The notes under the pieces are model-generated. The model was given only the letters and a program-made list of their open reading frames with translations, did not search any database and had not been told where the DNA came from. Shown here piece by piece: positions 8,964 to 19,300 of a DNA stretch of 64,000 nucleotides. The stretch's first letter is position 1, and every line of letters begins with the position of its first letter. A program made the translations under genes and the position numbers. This stretch comes from a virus (Duplodnaviria > Caudoviricetes): IMG/VR virus record IMGVR_UViG_3300033979_000663, positions 1 to 64,000 of that record; one strand, 5' to 3'.

Positions 8964-9377
8964 ATGAAGTCACTTAATAGGATGATGGCTGAGTTTGGCA
9001 GGGGTAAGGATAAAAAGAAGAGGAAGAAGAAGTTTCTGGGAACTGTAGGAAGTAATGCCGTTCTTGGTGCAATTGGAGGAGCATTATATCCTACAGCATC
9101 CATGCTTGCAATATCTCGTATGATGCCAAAAGGCATGACACCACCATTGAATTACCGAAATATACCTATAATGATGGCTCGAAATGCGGTTATCGGAGCT
9201 ACACTTGGTGGCGTTGGTAGCGGTATTAATTACGGAGCAGGGAAGATCGTAGAGTCGAGTGGCAACTTAATTGAAAAAAAATTCGGTAAACCACCTACTC
9301 CTCGGCAAAAAGTGGGAAGAGGTGTAAAACGGACAGGAGAAAGGTTGGGTAACTATATTTCTGGTGACAAAAAATGA
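8964..9377 (+). CDS. Tagged Gly-zipper protein
   Basis: MKSLNRMMAEF-GRGKDKKKRKKK. Start reassigned to the tag ATG, downstream of GGGAACTA at 8933. Confidence 0.8.
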   Translation: MKSLNRMMAEFGRGKDKKKRKKKFLGTVGSNAVLGAIGGALYPTASMLAISRMMPKGMTPPLNYRNIPIMMARNAVIGATLGGVGSGINYGAGKIVESSGNLIEKKFGKPPTPRQKVGRGVKRTGERLGNYISGDKK

Positions 9378-9958
9378 TACCTAATATTCCCCACCCTGTA
9401 GAAACTGACCCAGCACCAGATATTGACTGGACTTGTCAGGCGATCGCAGAATATCTAAGAGATGGATTAAATGCAGCTTACGTACCAGCTAAAATCAAAT
9501 CTCTCCAGAGGCAGAAAGAACGGCATTTAGAGTATATCCAACAGGGATTGGCAGAACCTACAACTATTTTTGATAACCAGATATATGAATTAACTCATAC
9601 ACAAACACCACCAAAAGTAGTTAATGGTATTCGTGCCTATGATGCTTTTAACCTGCCATTACATGAATTTCCTTACCTCAAGGTTTACCGTTCTCAAGAT
9701 ATTTATAGTGCAGGCAAAACTGTCTCTCAGTCTTCATTAATGTCCACATATTGCCTAAGTCTACCCAACCAAGAGGAATTACAAGGGAGCATGAGATGGG
9801 TGTCCTGGACAATTAACAATTTGCTACTCAATCCCCAAGTCAACTTGTGTCTAAAAATTCAAGATGGTAGTGTCCGGGCTGAATACCGTACTATGTTGAA
9901 TGAGATGGTTATACCTGTTTACGCTTTTCTAAGAATGTACTTCACTATCAAGTCGTAG
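9374..9958 (+). CDS. Putative tail terminator
   Basis: Position directly before the tail tube; FPYLKVYR motif. Confidence 0.45.
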   Translation: MIPNIPHPVETDPAPDIDWTCQAIAEYLRDGLNAAYVPAKIKSLQRQKERHLEYIQQGLAEPTTIFDNQIYELTHTQTPPKVVNGIRAYDAFNLPLHEFPYLKVYRSQDIYSAGKTVSQSSLMSTYCLSLPNQEELQGSMRWVSWTINNLLLNPQVNLCLKIQDGSVRAEYRTMLNEMVIPVYAFLRMYFTIKS

Positions 9959-9993
9959 GGAATAACACAGCCACAGAGTATTATTTAGAAAAT

Positions 9994-10782
9994 ATGACCG
10001 TCGCTATATTTAACGAAACTTTTGTTGGTATCAGTGAGCTAAAGCTCCAACGAATCTCCGACGGGTTTGTTTATAACCTCCCCATCCCTGCTACTTTTGC
10101 TGTTCAAGATAATAAACAGCAGATTATTCAGCGTACCAAGAGTTCACAGGGTCGTACAGTAAGATCCGGTGCATTCATTAAAGGTGAAGAACCCATCTTA
10201 ACCGTTGACTACAACTATATGCAGCCTGAACTCATCGCTATGAGAGCAGGTAATACCTTTGAAGAAGCTACCTACAACATCCAAATCGCTCGAACCGTCA
10301 ATGTAACTCAGTTAACCTACGCTGGTGCTGCTAATGGTTATCTAGGGTACGGGATGCCAGCAGATCAAGCTAATTCTCGCGGTGCTATCAGAGAAGCTGG
10401 TGGCTTGTCTATTCAGTTAACCCAAGCTGATTATGCTGACGATCTTTCAGCATTGACTAATACCTTTGCTCAGGGTCAGCATGGAGCGTTGAAGTTCTCA
10501 CCTGATTTGATGGGTGAAGTTGTTTCCCTGATTATGCCCCATTCTGTAACAGGATTGGGTTTAGGTGATGGATTGATTGGTGAACATAAATTAGTTGCTC
10601 ATCTCTCTGATACTCAAAACATGGTGTGGGTATTTGTGGCCAGCAACATTACTATTAGTTCCGATGGTTCTGGTTTTACCCCTGATGCTGAAACTTTACA
10701 GTTACCATTCTTTTTGAATATTCTTCCTGGTGGTTGCCGTACCTGGAATTTGTATTCAACCAACCAAAAGGTTAAATGCTAA
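9994..10782 (+). CDS. Tail tube (major tail) protein
   Basis: Beta-rich, 262 aa, upstream of chaperones and TMP. Preceded by GGGAATAAC at 9958. Confidence 0.55.
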   Translation: MTVAIFNETFVGISELKLQRISDGFVYNLPIPATFAVQDNKQQIIQRTKSSQGRTVRSGAFIKGEEPILTVDYNYMQPELIAMRAGNTFEEATYNIQIARTVNVTQLTYAGAANGYLGYGMPADQANSRGAIREAGGLSIQLTQADYADDLSALTNTFAQGQHGALKFSPDLMGEVVSLIMPHSVTGLGLGDGLIGEHKLVAHLSDTQNMVWVFVASNITISSDGSGFTPDAETLQLPFFLNILPGGCRTWNLYSTNQKVKC

Positions 10783-11291
10783 TGCCTAAAACTGAAAAAC
10801 CCACAACTAAAAGCTTTGTTGTTACTTATCCAGATGGTACTGAGGTTGTGGTATTGCGACTACCACCTACTCAACTTGAAGAGGCGACGGCGATCGCTGA
10901 AAAAATCTTCGAGCGTTTTTTTACCTACTGGGAATACTCCCGTGATTGCTTGGGTGATGTGATGATTGACCCAGCCGCACGGGGATACATCAAGCAATTG
11001 GCTAGTATGTTCCGAGTTGCGGGTCAAAAAGAGTTAGGTATTAATGTTACTCCGCTAGAGGATGAATGTGACTATGAACAGATTGGGCAAATATTTATTA
11101 CCCAGTCTGTTGATATGGAAACTGGCACAATTAACACCGTTCCAGGTGAGGGTATCAAACCTTCTAAATTTGCGGAGTTGCACAAGCTAAATTTTTTCAA
11201 AGTCCGGGCAGTGGAGAAGATCAAGCAACAGGAGAAACCAGAAGCGACGACACCATCCCCAGTAGTGGAGACGGAATCGCCGATATCTTAG
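10776..11291 (+). CDS. Tail assembly chaperone (gpG-like)
   Basis: Between tail tube and TMP. Slippery T TTT TTC at 11192-11198. Confidence 0.6.
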   Translation: MLMPKTEKPTTKSFVVTYPDGTEVVVLRLPPTQLEEATAIAEKIFERFFTYWEYSRDCLGDVMIDPAARGYIKQLASMFRVAGQKELGINVTPLEDECDYEQIGQIFITQSVDMETGTINTVPGEGIKPSKFAELHKLNFFKVRAVEKIKQQEKPEATTPSPVVETESPIS

Positions 11292-11560
11292 CCCTGTTGA
11301 TTGAATATTATGGGGGTGACACAGCTTTAACCTTGTTAAATACTTTTGATATTGACAGGTTAAATAAACTCCTTGCTCAGACCAGGGAAATGAGAAGAAC
11401 ATCCCAAGACCGTAAAGAGGAACGACGAGCTAAAGCCAGCAAGGAATTGTCTGATTACCTCAAACAGACTGATTTATCTACTGTTCAGGTAGATCATGTT
11501 GATGCCGATGGTAAACACCAATCTCTGACCTTGGAGCAGATCAACAATTTTGAATTTTGA
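11192..11560 (+). CDS. Tail assembly chaperone, -1 frameshift extension (gpT-like)
   Basis: The -1 frame is open from the slippery site through ORF 11297..11560 (FFQSPGSGEDQ...PSSGDGIADILALLIEYYGG). Confidence 0.6.
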   Translation, partial: FFQSPGSGEDQATGETRSDDTIPSSGDGIADILALLIEYYGGDTALTLLNTFDIDRLNKLLAQTREMRRTSQDRKEERRAKASKELSDYLKQTDLSTVQVDHVDADGKHQSLTLEQINNFEF

Positions 11561-12024
11561 TGTTCGATTCGATTATGGAAATTAACCAGATAAGTCATAA
11601 ATTCTATAGACCCATCAGCAGGGTCAAGATAGGTGAGGCTGAAGTTGACTACCTAGAAATGGGCGCGTGTCAAACAGGATTACTCCTACAAGCATTTATT
11701 GAGGCACAGCGATCGCTCACAAGAGAAAATCAATCTGACAGCGAAGTATTTGAAACGGTAATTAATATCCTCTCTGGTATTGATGGTACTCAACAAACAA
11801 GACGTGATGCTTTGGTTGGGCAATTGTTCATCAAACCCCAGGCTTACGCATTTATTCAACAAGTTCTTGAAGAATCGTTCCCTAAAATACCAAATATCAG
11901 TGATTTAAGGGATGAGTTCAAAGGTGAATTGGTTGTGTATTTACTGGATATTTTTGCGAAAAGGATGATTGAACAATCAGCGCAATTAATGAAGGTTAGG
12001 ACTTACGCACAAGTCACGGAATAA
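11557..12024 (+). CDS. Hypothetical protein; last codons supplied by an inserted MITE
   Basis: ORF in the tail module. Start ambiguous because it overlaps the palindrome. Confidence 0.55.
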   Translation: MMFDSIMEINQISHKFYRPISRVKIGEAEVDYLEMGACQTGLLLQAFIEAQRSLTRENQSDSEVFETVINILSGIDGTQQTRRDALVGQLFIKPQAYAFIQQVLEESFPKIPNISDLRDEFKGELVVYLLDIFAKRMIEQSAQLMKVRTYAQVTE

Positions 12025-12110
12025 TGAACCACGTTCGCGAAGCGTGCCGAAGGCATAGGAACGAAGAGAACGAAGAAAAGAGGGTTTGAGAGATATTTTG
12101 CGTAAGTCCT
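11998..12110. mobile_element. Nostocales-type MITE / small dispersed repeat
   Basis: Terminal inverted repeats AGGACTTACGCA ... TGCGTAAGTCCT. An extra end copy lies at about 12133-12143. Confidence 0.7.
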
Positions 12111-12212
12111 GGACAGTATTTGAAGTAGGTTTTGCGTAAGTCCAGATAGATATGGAAGTTAATACATTACATAATGATAAAACTTTTCTCCATGACTATA
12201 TTCAACCCTTGA

Positions 12213-12293
12213 TCATTCCACTAAATTATGCTTAATTGCAAATCTAACTAATTCAGCGCGGTTGCTGGTTTCAGTCTTTCTCAATAGGGAACT
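12213..12293 (-). pseudogene. 3' fragment of a host LuxR/NarL-family response regulator
   Basis: SSLLRKTETSNRAELVRFAIKHNLVE-stop is the typical LuxR HTH C-terminal end. The upstream part is absent. Confidence 0.7.
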
Positions 12294-13340
12294 ACTGAGG
12301 TAGAACTCAGTAACCCAATATGCAATATGAGTGACAATAAACCGCAAGCTGAGTACAAGGACGTGCTTTAACATGAAATCCTTATCATCAATGTCTTGTC
12401 CTTCATTAGCGGAATGCCGAGCTAACTTTGCCCAAGAGCGCAAGAAAAAGAGTAAGGCTAGGGCGGCTGCTGAACTAGCTGGGGCTGGTGCGCTTGGTGT
12501 CCAATCTGTCAGATCCGGCGTTCCGCGACTTCTTGGCGTAAGGCTGGAATCACACTCTACTACTAAAAAAACTGCTGATAATATTTTAAAAAACGGTGGC
12601 TGGTTAGACCCTAATTACGGCGGAACTGGTGCTAGTAATGCGGTTGGAAACAAGGATTATATTTCATCCTCTAAAAATTATGTTCATATTACTGGTAGAC
12701 ATGGTGGCGGACACCCCATTATAGAGTCAAAGGCTTACGAAGTAAAACCGGATGGTACGCGAGTAGAAATACCTGAAAAAACTAAATATACACAGGCGAG
12801 TAAAAACCCAGTAGAAAATGTTATTAGGCGTAAAACCCAGAGAGCATTATACAGAGGTATTGCCGGAGAGAATTTACAGAATGTATCAGAACTTGGTGGC
12901 ATGGGTGTCCTAAAAAAAGTTGGTCCACTTATCGCAGGAGGGGCAACTGGGGCTAAAGGTAGGACGCTTTATGTTGGTGGCTCAGATAAGTTTTTTGATC
13001 AAAACTTTATTCCAGATCCGGATGACGTTGCTCTTAAATCCAGTCAGAAAGTTAAAGTATATGGCAATCGCTTTTCTGCTACAGGTGCAGCAATCAAAAG
13101 AGAAGGATTACTTAATCTCATGGGTCAAAACAAAGGAAGAGTAGCCGCAGGAGTAGCAATCTTAGGGGCTGGTGGGTACGGAGCATATCGTATTGGCAAA
13201 AATGCTTTAAATAGTTTGACTGGTAAAGATACTGAAGTTAAACCTTTCTATAGAGGGGGTAAGTTAGTACGTGGATTTAAACGCAAACGCAAAAACAGAT
13301 AAGGGAACTACTGAGGTAGAACTCAGTAAGCCAATATGCC
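12286..13340 (+). repeat. About 38-bp direct repeat flanking ORF 12373..13302
   Basis: AGGGAACTACTGAGGTAGAACTCAGTAA(C/G)CCAATATGC at 12286 and 13302. Confidence 0.85.
12373..13302 (+). CDS. Tagged protein with putative ADP-ribosyltransferase-like domain
   Basis: MKSLSSM...RANF-AQERKKK tag. LESHSTTKKTADNILKNGGWLDP and YVHIT resemble the ART H-x-T and following strand motifs. C-terminal VKPFYRGGKLVRGFKRKRK. Confidence 0.55.
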   Translation: MKSLSSMSCPSLAECRANFAQERKKKSKARAAAELAGAGALGVQSVRSGVPRLLGVRLESHSTTKKTADNILKNGGWLDPNYGGTGASNAVGNKDYISSSKNYVHITGRHGGGHPIIESKAYEVKPDGTRVEIPEKTKYTQASKNPVENVIRRKTQRALYRGIAGENLQNVSELGGMGVLKKVGPLIAGGATGAKGRTLYVGGSDKFFDQNFIPDPDDVALKSSQKVKVYGNRFSATGAAIKREGLLNLMGQNKGRVAAGVAILGAGGYGAYRIGKNALNSLTGKDTEVKPFYRGGKLVRGFKRKRKNR

Positions 13341-16300
13341 TAGTAACGCCACCGCAATCATTGAATTAGTCGGCAAGGACAATGGATTATCCGCCATTGT
13401 CGTCAAAAACACCAACGCCATATCAGAATTAACCGATGCAGCGATCGCTGGTACATCGGGAATGTCGCAGTATGCAACAGCCACTAATGATTTAGGTGAC
13501 GCATTCAGGGGAATTGGTGGTACTGCCGTAGAAGCAACTAAATCGGTAGTTAATTTAGGGAGTAGCACTACACAGGCTTACAACGATATTGCCAAGGGGT
13601 CGGAACGCACAATTAAAGCTGCGGATCTGCTTGGAAATAGATTTGCGGAAATGGCGTTATCTGCGGCTGGGTTCAGTAAGCAGACTGATGCAGTAAATTC
13701 GGTATTACAACCAACAGCAGGGTTCTTCTCAACGGTTACAGATGAAGCTACAGGATTAGGTAAAGCATTCCAGGTTATTAACCAATTAGAGAAGCCCTTG
13801 GTTGGTGGGTTAGACAGAGTTTCTACTACAGCCGGGGGGTTGGGTGACGCATTAAGTAATTTGGGTGGAGTCGGGCAATTTGCGGCTCAAGGGTTATTTG
13901 CCGTTTCTAACGCTGCTGCATCGTTGGCTGGCATCACGGGGACTGTTGATACCATTGGTGACTTGTATCAAGTCATGGAGCAGATCCAGGAAGTTGCACC
14001 TGATGTAGCTAGTGGGATTGGTGAAATAGCTGGGGCTGGTGTGGGGATAGGTCAAGGTGTGCTGGGAGTGACTGACTTAAACACCGAATTATATCTTGCG
14101 GCTCAAGCTGGGAAGAAATTCGGCAATGAGATGACTAAATCATTGTCAGGCGTTTTTGTTAAATTCGCTGATTTAAAATCTCAAGTCACCCAAACAATCA
14201 CAGTCCTCTCTGCAATGGCTGGAACTTTTACTGACTTGGCTCTCCATTTGAAAGATTTTGGCAAGGGTTTAGAAACCGTCAGAAACTTAGGTTTTGATAC
14301 TCAAGCTATGGAAATAGCTAACTCCATTGGTTTGATTGGTGAAAATTTAGTATTTAATACCGAAGCATCTAAAAACTTTGCTAATGCGGCTGTAGCTGCT
14401 TTTTCTAAGGTTGAAGATTCCCTGGCGTTTATTACCACCTTACCATCTGGTCAAGCTGCTGGTATCCCCATGTTATCCAAGCAATTAGATGACTTGGTGA
14501 ATGGTCCATTAAACAACATGATTTCTAAGGGTGAGGCAGCGTCGGCAATGTACCAATCGTTGTCCGCAGGTATTGGTGCTACCACAGGGAAGCTAAAAGA
14601 ATCGCAACCATTCTTGGAAGCGGCATTAAAGCTGTCTACTGGTACAGATACAGCCGCTTCGACTACAGTGGAAACCTTAGCTAAATTGACTTATGCCTAT
14701 AATTTAAACGTCAAGGATGCAACTACAACCGCCGCAAAGCTTAATGGTATAGTTGAAGAAGGTATAATCACCTTCCCACAACTAGCCGGCGGCATTGGTC
14801 GGGTAGCAGGCGTGGCTGCACAAGCGAAAGTCCCAATGAATGAGTTAATGGGTTCTATAGCGGCATTAACCAAAACCATGAGTGCGGACGATGCCATGAC
14901 TGGATATATGTCCTTGCTCAATGCGATCGCTGGTGCAGGGGAGCAGTCAAAAAAAGCAGCTTCGGAATTAGGGGTGCAATTTGACTTACAGGCAGTGAAG
15001 GCGAAGGGGTTACTAAATGTTCTCAAGGATTTGTACGACAAATCTGGGGGTAACGTTGAGAGAATCAAAGAAATTATTCCTGACTCATTGGCGTTCGGTA
15101 CATCGTTAACCTTGATGACTACCGCATTCAAAGAAGCCAAGGAAAAAACAGATATCATAGCTGGCAAGGGTGCTGAGGATTTAGAAAAGTTATTTGGTGG
15201 TAGAAATCAGTCAATGGTTCGCCAAATGACATCCCTAGTAAATGGTTATGAGGAAGTATTATCTGGGTTTGGTGAAAAGTTTGCTGACAACTTCAAGCCA
15301 GGGGTAGAGTTTCTGCGAATCATGCTAGAGAGATTTCAGCAGATGCCTGAACCAATTAAGGAAACGATTGGGGCGATCGTCTCTTTTAATATGGGACTAG
15401 AGAAAGCATCTGGTTTTATCTCTATCCTGGTGGGTGGCATCGCCAAGGTTGGGGTAGCTTTGGCAATTATGCGTATTTCCTCATTGGCGATGACGGGGCA
15501 ATTGGGATTACTCCGGACAGCAGCAATGGGAGTATTCCAAGCATTTGTAGCAGGAACAGGCAGAACTGCGGCTTTGACAACGGCATTTAACACCCTGACG
15601 GGCGCACAACAAATTGCAGTGGCAACCACAGCAGGATTCACTAGGGCAACTACCCTTTTATCTAAAGTCAACGAAATATTGACAACAGATATTACTCGAT
15701 TAATTAGAAGGCACGTAATCCTTGCCCAATACACCGACCTCTCTACTTCGTCCGAGAAAGCAAGTGCGATCGCTAAAGGAATATTAGCTGCGGCAACGAA
15801 AGGTTTATCGGCTGCAATGACCTTTTTAGGGACAACAATCAAGGCGTTATGGATTTCATTTGGACCACTAGCGATCGCTATTGGTGCGGCTGTAGTTATT
15901 TTTCAGACATTAAGTGAAGTAATTAGTTTTAATATTTTAGGTTTCAAGTCTGCGAGGGCTGAAGCGGAAGAATATGCAGCTAAATTAATAGATTTAGGTG
16001 AGGCTACTAAGAGCTATATAGATATTTTAGGTGAAGAAACCAAAGCTGTTGATAAGAGTGTTCAGGGCTACAAAGAAAGAATCAAACAATTGGATGAATT
16101 GCGGAAAAAGGAGAAAGATCCTGGCAGAAGACAGGCAATAGAAGATGAGATAAAAAACAACAAAACTCTTCTCAAAGCCCAACAGGAAAAGGAAGATAAA
16201 AAATACACTGGGTTTTTTAACACTGGGGTTTTGCCTTTTGCGGAAGGAGTAACAAAGGGTCTTTACAGCGTGGCATCTTTCATGAGTCCAGAAGAAGCAA

Positions 16301-19300
16301 AAGATAGGAATTACAAGAAAATAGAAGATAGTTTTCGTGGGTTTAAAGATAAACACCAAGCCCGAATGGATGAGGAAAGTGGTGTTTATGCAGCAGAAGA
16401 TCAAAATAGGCAACAAGTAACTGAATTATTTAGTCGGGCATATCGCCGCGCTCAGATATCAAAAGAAGGTGGTGCGGTTAGTGCTGAAGCCAGGGAAATA
16501 TTAGAGTCTACAAAGTATCGCGCTTTGTCAGGTCCAGAGATGACAAAGGTGCTTGAAGCTGAAACCAAGGCTTACGAAAAGAACAAAGAAGCTATTGACG
16601 GCAAAGTAACGGCATTACAAGCTGCACTGGAAGCGACCCAAGACCCTGCAAGACAGGAACAGATAAAACAGGATATCAAACAATTAAATGATGCCACCGC
16701 AGCAGAGAAAAAATACAATGATGCTAAACTGCAATTCATTAGAGATAGAGAATCAATAAAAACAGCCCAAGAAGGCAACAAAGACCCCATTGAAAGGGTA
16801 AATGAACTGTTCCAAGAACAATATGAAAAAGCTGCTGAACTCAGGGAGAAGATGAAGTCAGCAACAACTCAAGATGAAAAAGACTTTTTAGACTTCCAGC
16901 AAAAATCAGCAGAAGCAACCTCTGAATTAACCGCTAAGTTTGGGCAAGGCATCCTACAGAATGGTGAACTAGGTAAAAAGCAAATAAACTCATTAACTGC
17001 TGCTTACAAAGAGTTTGCTGATAACCCATTAAAAACCGAGATAGGGAATGCTGAAGACCTAAACAAAATGCGGTCTGATGCAGATAAATTCTTGGGAGAG
17101 ATACAGAACAATATTCCCAATATTTCCACAGCTACAGCCGAGTCATTAGTCAAGGCTTTACTTGCTCAAAAGGTTAAGGTTCAAGGTAGTGATATTGTTC
17201 AAAGTATTTTATCCCCAGAACAAATTCAAGAAGCAGTAGATGTACTTCAGAAGATTTATGAAAAGTCAGCACAAGACCAAATTGATATCAATAACCGCAA
17301 GGTAGCTAAAATTAACAATCAAGAAGCGTTAGGTATTAAACGCCAAACCTTAGCACAAAAAGAAATACTGGAAGTTGAGATTGAATCTAATGAGGAAAAA
17401 CTGAAATCTAAACAAAAGTATCTAGATTTACTGGTCAGCATGAATTTGATAGACAAAGAATCTGACCTGTACAAAAAACTCAATGATGAAATAGTTAACC
17501 TTCAGTATGATACAGAACAGAAGAAAACCAAGATTATTGAAGCAGCAATTAATGATAGGGTAGCTTTAAATAAGCGTGGACTTGACAAAGAACAAGCGAT
17601 CGCAGAACTTGGACGTGCCGCTAGATTGAATGAAGAACAGAAGACTCAGGATAAATTATTTGAATTACAGCAAAAGCAGAACTTAAATCAGAGAAAAGGG
17701 ATTCGTGACAGGATTCAGGATTTAAAGGCAAGAGGTGGTGATTACAATGAATTAGAAATTGAGTTATTAAAGTTGATGACTGAGTATGAAAACAACGTCA
17801 ACGACAGAAATAAACAACTCGATGCCAGAGAAAAAGAAAGGCTTAACAATCAAACCACTGAGCAGAACCAAATACTAGAAAAAGAGTTAAATTCACTTGA
17901 ACTGCAATCTAAACAACTGGAAAGACAGAAAAATATAACTGAATCCAGGAATAATGCGGTTAAAACTGAGTCGGAAATCACCCAAAGCCGATTAGAATTG
18001 CAATTGCGGGTGACGGGTGATATTCAGAAGCAAGCAGATATTGAATATGCGATCGCTAAGGAGAAGATTAAAAACCTACAATTATCCCAGAAGATTGAAA
18101 GGGAGAATTTAGTCACCCAACGTCAATTACAAACAATTGCCATTAACAGAGAGATTGTTGCCAACAAGATAGCCCAAGCTGAGAACCAGAGAGCGATCGC
18201 TGCTTTAAAAATTGATTTACTCCGTGCCAAGAATGAGAAGCGTTCCCTTGATGAAATTAAAGCAATGGAACTACAACTATTCTCAATGGAGGAACAGTCA
18301 AGGGTACTTGGTGAAACTGGCAAGGGGCTAGAGGCGAACAAGGAAACCCAGGAAAAGGTCGCCGAAAATACTGAACGTGAAGTGTTGGCACGGCAGAAGA
18401 TTAGTATGGCTGGGGGGATATTAGATGAACACCAAGCTAAGATTAATCAGATACTTGCTAAATACGATAAACAGATAGAGCAAGCTAACCTTTACACCAA
18501 ACAGATAGAGGTACAGAATATTCGTCTCACTGCCCAATCCGAGGCAATGGGTAGGGTATATGACTTGCAGAATCAAATCATGGATTCTCAGAAGTCGGTA
18601 TTGGAAAGTAGAACAAACCGATTGACTGGTGAGTTACAGATTGCCATGAATTTGACGACATCTGAAACCAAGAGACGTGATTTGGCTCAGACGATCGCTC
18701 AAATCAAACTCAGGACATTAGACAGACAACAGGAGATTGAACGCAGGGTTTTAGAGATTCAGTTATTACAAAACAAAGCTGCACTTGAAAGAGAAAAAAT
18801 TCAACTCCGAACCCAGCAATCACAGAATAATGCCGATACATGGGGATCTTTTGCTAACCTACAAAAAGTATTGGCAAGTGATAAATCTACTGATGCAGAG
18901 AAGAAATCAGCACTCTATGACTTGCAAGCAAAACAGGAACAAGGTGCTTCATTAGCATACCAACAGCAAGCTCTTGGGGAGAAAGAAAGATTACAAGACT
19001 TCCTGGCAAATAACCAACGTAGCAATCTTAGAGACAGCCAATCATTAGCTAGAACACAAGCTGAGTATGAGGTAATTGGAACTTTATCACCTGGAGCGCA
19101 AAGAAGGGAGGGTCGAAAACTAAGAGACAGAATCCTTCGTGATAATTTAGGAATCACCCCCTATAGTGGTCCAATCAATGGGGGGATGATGGCGGAGGAT
19201 CAGAATAAGCAGGATTGGAGAAATCTGCGAAATATGAACAGACGGGGTGGTATTGATGTGGGTATGCCTAATGCACCACAAATAACCCCTGATATTAGCT

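Noticed and set aside
5245-9377. Tagged proteins as classical bacteriocin or RiPP precursors
   Set aside because: No double-glycine leader cleavage motif, transporter or modifying enzymes. They are embedded in the head operon, so a virion role is preferred, though toxicity is not excluded.
12294-12443. Full 76-aa LuxR protein 12213..12443
   Set aside because: Only the last 27 codons are LuxR-like. The rest is antisense to the phage repeat and ORF 12373.
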